A model generated the notes under the pieces. It was not told the DNA's origin and ran no database searches. It was given only the letters and a program-made list of their open reading frames with translations. A stretch of DNA of 64,000 nucleotides from a virus: positions 1 to 64,000 of IMG/VR virus record IMGVR_UViG_3300010167_000004; one strand, 5' to 3'. This document shows, one piece after another, positions 60,001-64,000 of the stretch (positions are counted from its first letter, which is position 1; each line of letters starts with the position of its first letter). Both the position numbers and the translations under genes were made by a program.

Positions 60001-62020
60001 CACCTATCCACCAGTTATTATTCGGCCCAATATGCGGGGATACCCCATCTTTTCCGTCCTCACCGTCCTCGCCATCAATACCTTCGGCTTTAACACCAGT
60101 GTTTACACCGCCTATAAACCAATGACCGCCATCAATATATGGTGTATCACCGTCAATACCTTCGGCTTTAACACCAGTATTGACATCACCAATAAACCAG
60201 TATTTTGCCTCTACACCGCTATATGCGAAAATAATATAAGCGAATAATTTATCTAGCATAGGGTGGCTTTCATAGTCAATATGCGTAATTACTGTGGATA
60301 AAGGATCTGCATAATATGTATTAGAATCATCAAATGTAAACATAGAATTATAGTCAAGATCTACTCCACTAATAGTATTATATATCCATTGGAACTTGAG
60401 TGTAGACAAGCCAAAAGCCGGATTAGTTACAACAATTTCACTATCAGAACCCCAAGGAGATTTTATTGTACCACGAAGTACAACTACGTCCTCACCTAAT
60501 GAATTTTTTGAAGTGATCAATAGTATATCCTTCTGACCAACTCCAACTATAGATACAATCTCATTATGTAAGTCCGCAGGATCAAAATCAATAATAGGCT
60601 TATAGTCATCATCCTTAGCGATAATAACCATTTTACCGCCTCTCACATCTAACCCAACATGCATCAAGTCTAACAGCGATTTATTTATTGGTAATGTATC
60701 TACTTCAATATGAGGCGTAAGACCATCAATACCCTCTGCACGAACACCTGTATCAACATCGCCAAAGTACCAGTTATTATTTTCAATGTGCGGTGTAATA
60801 CCCTGTGAGGGCATACCCTGATCCACACCGCCTATAAACCAATTACCATTCGGCCCGATATGTGGGGTTACACCAATCGGCCCTGCCAATTCCCAATGCG
60901 CAGGATTAGAACCTGATGCCACAACCCATACAAATAGGTTGCTATCCACAATCACGCTCTCACCAGCGTTACCTTGTGGAGCCTCGTCTATTGTACTATA
61001 TATACCAATGATTTTGAATCCAATACCCGGATCACCCTGTGCGCCTCGTGGCCCTGCTATAGCGTCCGCTATATGCCATTTCTGATCTTCCTTCGGAGTC
61101 CATAATACAAAGTTACGATTATATCTTTCTTCACCGTAGGCTTTCGCATAGCCAAACCATACGAAAGCTGTTTGACCGGGAATGGGCTGTAATTGTATAC
61201 CCTGATCATTCCATACACCTTGTTCTTGATCAAAAGTATAGAGCCGTGCATTTTCCATGACTAATGCAGTATCGCCAGTCATAAAGTAATACGGTATAAC
61301 TTCATTACCCACTACTGTATCAATGACAACTTTTTGGCCCGGATCAATCGAAGTAGCAACATCTTCAAGATTTTCAAAGATTACTGTTACACGATCCTGC
61401 CATGATAATTTACGAATAATATCACTGGTATATGCAATGCGCCGTTCACGATGCGCTAAATTACTAATGGAATTATCTATGACTAAAGGACGTTCACGTG
61501 AGTCTAATACCACACGAACAGACGGATTACCTACATCAAGCACCCGCCGCCCATTGCGCAATCCACGATTTAACAATGGCTTACGGTTTGTAGAGCCATC
61601 TAAATATGTATCAGTGCCAGCTAATCCTAGCGGGTTGGATGATGTGCCTTCACCTTTAAGGGTGTTATCAGTACGGACAAGCGTAGTTTCACTTGGAATA
61701 ACAGATAATGGATCTCCCGCTATACCTTTACCTCTCATGGTATGATCGGTAAATACTTGCCGTAAGGAAATAAGATCGTTCATATGAGGGGAAGCACCAT
61801 TGCCACCAATGGTAACGCCATCGGTATGTACTCGTTGTATCTTCAATGGATTTTGAGGAGTGCCATTTCCAGCAAGCGTACTATTTGTATGTATAGCATC
61901 CATTTTGGATTGAAGCTGCAATTCAAGTTGTGCCATACGATCTTTGACATCATTCAAATCACGCTGAATACTTAAATTGCCTTCTTCATCCGGGCCGTTC
62001 CATTTTGTAAACGTACTCAT
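57098..62020 (-). CDS. large tail fibre / receptor-binding protein (1640 aa)
   Basis: Collagen-like GPRGAQGDPGIG, repeated W(F/Y)IGGV(D/N)TGVKAEGIDG units, and two sets of ~6 W..I.YG.G.FVA blade-like repeats, each set preceded by a DxW..FK.GD.I module. Confidence 0.8.
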   Translation of the reverse strand: MSTFTKWNGPDEEGNLSIQRDLNDVKDRMAQLELQLQSKMDAIHTNSTLAGNGTPQNPLKIQRVHTDGVTIGGNGASPHMNDLISLRQVFTDHTMRGKGIAGDPLSVIPSETTLVRTDNTLKGEGTSSNPLGLAGTDTYLDGSTNRKPLLNRGLRNGRRVLDVGNPSVRVVLDSRERPLVIDNSISNLAHRERRIAYTSDIIRKLSWQDRVTVIFENLEDVATSIDPGQKVVIDTVVGNEVIPYYFMTGDTALVMENARLYTFDQEQGVWNDQGIQLQPIPGQTAFVWFGYAKAYGEERYNRNFVLWTPKEDQKWHIADAIAGPRGAQGDPGIGFKIIGIYSTIDEAPQGNAGESVIVDSNLFVWVVASGSNPAHWELAGPIGVTPHIGPNGNWFIGGVDQGMPSQGITPHIENNNWYFGDVDTGVRAEGIDGLTPHIEVDTLPINKSLLDLMHVGLDVRGGKMVIIAKDDDYKPIIDFDPADLHNEIVSIVGVGQKDILLITSKNSLGEDVVVLRGTIKSPWGSDSEIVVTNPAFGLSTLKFQWIYNTISGVDLDYNSMFTFDDSNTYYADPLSTVITHIDYESHPMLDKLFAYIIFAYSGVEAKYWFIGDVNTGVKAEGIDGDTPYIDGGHWFIGGVNTGVKAEGIDGEDGEDGKDGVSPHIGPNNNWWIGDFDTGVTVGSGGLNPDNFVPRESIYTHVNEGKGVTQVNNTDDQVSLIHKIDFEYGPITYHENKVEVNESSVDIQSLTKDDSDVVEISSVHVSPKGIAAYSDHEDGFTFNDKKVLVEGDIEVGAGVHYEYTDVESMRIDWATFKDGDIISIPQVRTIEHPAQNGEIIFLDDIGALPIVKLCSDNDTLLMALSSTGALLLSVDGKHWIPSYISDPSATDKWTSICYGNGKYVAVNAGDDPQGYVAYSTDGIDWYYVDPDPLLEHPWQAICYGNGMFVAVSLDGSIMYSTNAETWTVTEVFDHETDVWLHIAYGDGVFIATAMSDIPQIIRSEDGINWNVIDVPSGSVCRKINYGDGVWVIISKGVITPSDHLIMSTDSGLTWVNVLSSSVEGTWEHISYDGGRFVGLLHNPIESLYKLVYSLDHGNIWIPLLELNNGVNTSQWQSLQYFKDNIFIASSYGGSLGTPQVMAYIDATYTPPQIEKIVSKDVECYIRTGSDPLTDYQIISGGAKVHLGYTDEQIVKDDWDKFKIGDVIPVSLPRTTVTRRYVYHEAELNDMTFLSSGVSATWRAVCFSYNGTWDTRGMIKAVRTNSSDYMNVLEITHNPDLISNPDYVALKPLENSGWNSICSGRFPSNDITIASTGLGSFPGQSYRSFAYSRGGGGWLTSETNNAAIYNALWIVCYGSAGTGIFVAIARGTGAIFTSVDGETWTSRTSSTTTTNGWNSICWSQARQLFVAVSSPLPGVGTPTYYVKTSPDGITWTNRTSIIGHWNKVQYIDILGLFVAIAEAGSAYPLIMVSIDGINWSYGMPSKEIDYRSFCYGNGLFVFVKSNYNEKVYLCISSDLETWTDVPIPLATSSGIAIVGYDEVAKQFVILAGGSLSGTTDNILRTSAQFTPAWTETIIETHIEKSNEIDKMYVKTGDDSSEDYQVLIPQTRTHIVNDMLTVSDNWKNYNIGDLILIPTGSEE

Positions 62021-62485
62021 CTATTCCCCCACATCTGCCCGACTATTATTAAAGAAGCATAGCTCCTTAGACCAATACTCAATCCTAGTTTGTAGGAAAT
62101 TAGAAATACCTACACTTTTAATACAGGTATCAATCTTGTTTAACTGCTGATACACTTGTAAATACGTTTCAGTAAGGTGTATCATAGCAGTCTGGATCAG
62201 ACCTACACATTCTGATCTCGTAAATAACATTTCATCAATAGATCCATATCCAATCCTTGTCGCCGAACCATTCTTATTCGGTACAAGTATATCGAACATA
62301 CGGGCTTTCTCTGCAAGCTCATCATAATCATCTGCCGCTTCCTCATAATACGTCTTTAGTACACTGTGTATAGAGTCAAACTCTATACCGTGTACGTTTA
62401 GATGTAGGGTATGAAAATCACCTGACACACAATTAGCAAGATCCGCTAATTCGATCAGGGCAGCACCAATAATCTTGTCATCCAT
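62021..62485 (-). CDS. Dps / ferritin-like protein
   Basis: FHTLHLNVHGIEFDSIHSVLKTYYEEAADDYDELAEKA gives His-x11-His-x14-Asp-x3-Glu. This is the same spacing as E. coli Dps H51/H63/D78/E82. Confidence 0.65.
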   Translation of the reverse strand: MDDKIIGAALIELADLANCVSGDFHTLHLNVHGIEFDSIHSVLKTYYEEAADDYDELAEKARMFDILVPNKNGSATRIGYGSIDEMLFTRSECVGLIQTAMIHLTETYLQVYQQLNKIDTCIKSVGISNFLQTRIEYWSKELCFFNNSRADVGE

Positions 62486-62742
62486 CAGGTTCCTTCTTCG
62501 TCTGGTTCACCTGTGCCTTCGGGATCACCGCCCTCTGGATCACCACCTTCACCACCACCGTCACCCGGTTCTTCTGGCTCCTCTGGTTCACCCGGTTCTG
62601 CAAGTCCCATTCTTGCAAGACGTACCAACTGTTTAACTACAGACTGTACGCTATTATGCTGTGATCCTTTCTTCCGATCTCTGATCAGTACACCTAATTC
62701 TTCTGTAGCCTGATCCCAATTCAACGTCTTGACTCCGAGCAT
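62485..62742 (-). CDS. small protein with an acidic Pro/Glu/Gly tail
   Basis: 85 aa, SD AGGAGG, ending PGEPEEPEEPGDGGGEGGDPEGGDPEGTGEPDEEGT. Confidence 0.65.
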   Translation of the reverse strand: MLGVKTLNWDQATEELGVLIRDRKKGSQHNSVQSVVKQLVRLARMGLAEPGEPEEPEEPGDGGGEGGDPEGGDPEGTGEPDEEGT

Positions 62743-62753
62743 AGCATTTCCTC

Positions 62754-62945
62754 CTATGCAGTAGCTTGTTCTATTACATTTTCTTGAGGTGTTACCTCTG
62801 TAGTTTCGATGATCCTTATAATGTCTTTCGCTGTCTTAACTTGGGGACTATTGATAATCCCTAGTTTAATCAGATCATTCATTATAACCTCGTACATTGC
62901 ATCTTTACGTGCTGCACGTTCTTTGAAAGGTGTCATGTAAGGCAT
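62754..62945 (-). CDS. small hypothetical protein
   Basis: 63 aa, SD AAGGAGAG. Confidence 0.65.
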   Translation of the reverse strand: MPYMTPFKERAARKDAMYEVIMNDLIKLGIINSPQVKTAKDIIRIIETTEVTPQENVIEQATA

Positions 62946-62948
62946 TGT

Positions 62949-63824
62949 TTACTCTCCTTGTAACCAATTCTTAGGAGCTTTCTTTGCTCCCATTTGACTA
63001 AACTTTTTTGGTTTAGAAGATGTAGCTTCGGATTCTCCACCTATTAAACTCGCTAATTCTTTCTTTGTCATTGCACTAATACTACCATCTCTTTTTAGAA
63101 TACCAGATTTCTGCGCATCTATAAGAGCTTGTATATCTGCACGGTTACGCTTTGCTTTACCTGTAACCGTTACTTTACCATTCTCAACGGTAGGCTTATA
63201 CTGCTGGCTCTTACCAGACGAATAATCCACACCTGTAGCACCTCGGCGCATCCCCGGTTCATACCCGTAATGTAATGTTGTATACGGATATTTACTACCG
63301 TATCGTACAAGATTCGGTCTTGTATAGATACGCACCACGTCCCAAAAACGCTCGCCTACTTTACCGCCACTTAATATAACTGAATTTTTTAATTCAAAAA
63401 ATACGTTGGCTGGTACATGGTCATATAGCACCACTGAACCTTTATTCTCAAACTTAACCCTCATCACTAATCGTGATGGTGCATACTCAATTTTACTGAC
63501 CATTTTAGATTTGAGCATACTCTCATCAATTACTTCTGTAAATAACTTATCATCCTCTAGTCCACGCCATTGCAAAAAATCATCTGACGATGATTCACTA
63601 ACTGCCTTATTTTGAAATGTCATAGGTATTTTATTGGTAGGCCGCATTGACTTAGGTAAGTGTCCAAAGACACTATCTTTGCCCATCGGCTCCTCTACCG
63701 TATACCCGGTCTCAACATCTTGCGTTAAATGTTTCTTACCACCTCTAATAAAAGGTTGTGTGGCGATGGTGTCTCGTTCTTCCAAGTATCGTTGTATGTT
63801 TCTATAACGAGTCTCATTCGCCAC
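62949..63824 (-). CDS. KTSC-domain-containing protein
   Basis: MVSKIEYAPSRLVMRVKFENKGSVVLYDHVPANVFFELKNS...GERFW resembles the KTSC domain. GTG start after AAGAGGTGA. Confidence 0.6.
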   Translation of the reverse strand: MANETRYRNIQRYLEERDTIATQPFIRGGKKHLTQDVETGYTVEEPMGKDSVFGHLPKSMRPTNKIPMTFQNKAVSESSSDDFLQWRGLEDDKLFTEVIDESMLKSKMVSKIEYAPSRLVMRVKFENKGSVVLYDHVPANVFFELKNSVILSGGKVGERFWDVVRIYTRPNLVRYGSKYPYTTLHYGYEPGMRRGATGVDYSSGKSQQYKPTVENGKVTVTGKAKRNRADIQALIDAQKSGILKRDGSISAMTKKELASLIGGESEATSSKPKKFSQMGAKKAPKNWLQGE

Positions 63825-63837
63825 ACGTCACCTCTTA

Positions 63838-64000
63838 ATTAGTCCAATTCGCTGCTTCCGCAGGATTGATAATCTCATTCCTAAGATTGATCACTGTGTA
63901 AGCATACGGGACCTCGGTAAACAACGCACCCATCTCATGGAAAGCGATGGGGAGTTTATTGCTCGGATGTCTAAATCCTAGATAAGATTTACCGTCCTGC
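63838..64000 (-). CDS. partial CDS (5' end beyond right edge)
   Basis: The minus-strand frame is open from 64000 to the TAA at 63838 (...FHEMGALFTEVPYAYTVINLRNEIINPAEAANWTN). Confidence 0.55.

Overview
The window reads as most of a tailed dsDNA phage genome. I saw no integrase, transposase, rRNA or CRISPR. It is AT-rich by eye (GC not computed), and almost every gene has a Shine-Dalgarno (SD) site.

Layout:
- 1-22991 (minus strand): packaging, head and virion genes. These include a ParB-like protein, a T4-type TerL with a TerS-like N-terminus, a putative portal, a 2721-aa giant ORF and low-complexity virion proteins.
- ~23155-24385: a 1.2-kb ORF-free control region between divergent sigma70/sigmaA-like promoters. 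It is full of repeats, palindromes and a G-rich, C-depleted tract.
- 24461-53111 (plus strand): about 70 early and replication genes. These include two SSBs, a VRR-NUC nuclease, an SNF2 helicase, an adenine methyltransferase, a helicase/AEP-primase, family A DNA polymerase, MazZ-like and HD hydrolases, an XRE regulator and many small zinc-ribbon proteins.
- 53104-64000 (minus strand): tail-fibre and lysis genes. These include a KTSC protein, a Dps-like protein, a 1640-aa fibre, two Gly-rich paralogs, a dual-frame membrane/lipoprotein locus and a Cys-peptidase-like protein, ending at a strong intrinsic terminator.

Both window edges cut minus-strand genes. The two minus-strand blocks may therefore be one late operon that wraps around a circular or permuted map.

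Most unusual items:
- a ~700-nt ORF-free structured block (35721-36422) with tRNA-like modules
- the unassigned 2721-aa ORF
- the repeat-rich control region
- two fully overlapping, protein-like frames at 53521-54027
- a 60-aa poly-acidic protein next to a codon-distinct Lys/Ala-rich gene
- a Dps-like gene with exact ferroxidase spacing inside the tail module

All functional calls rest on motifs I recognised by eye. No homology search or RNA folding was run.
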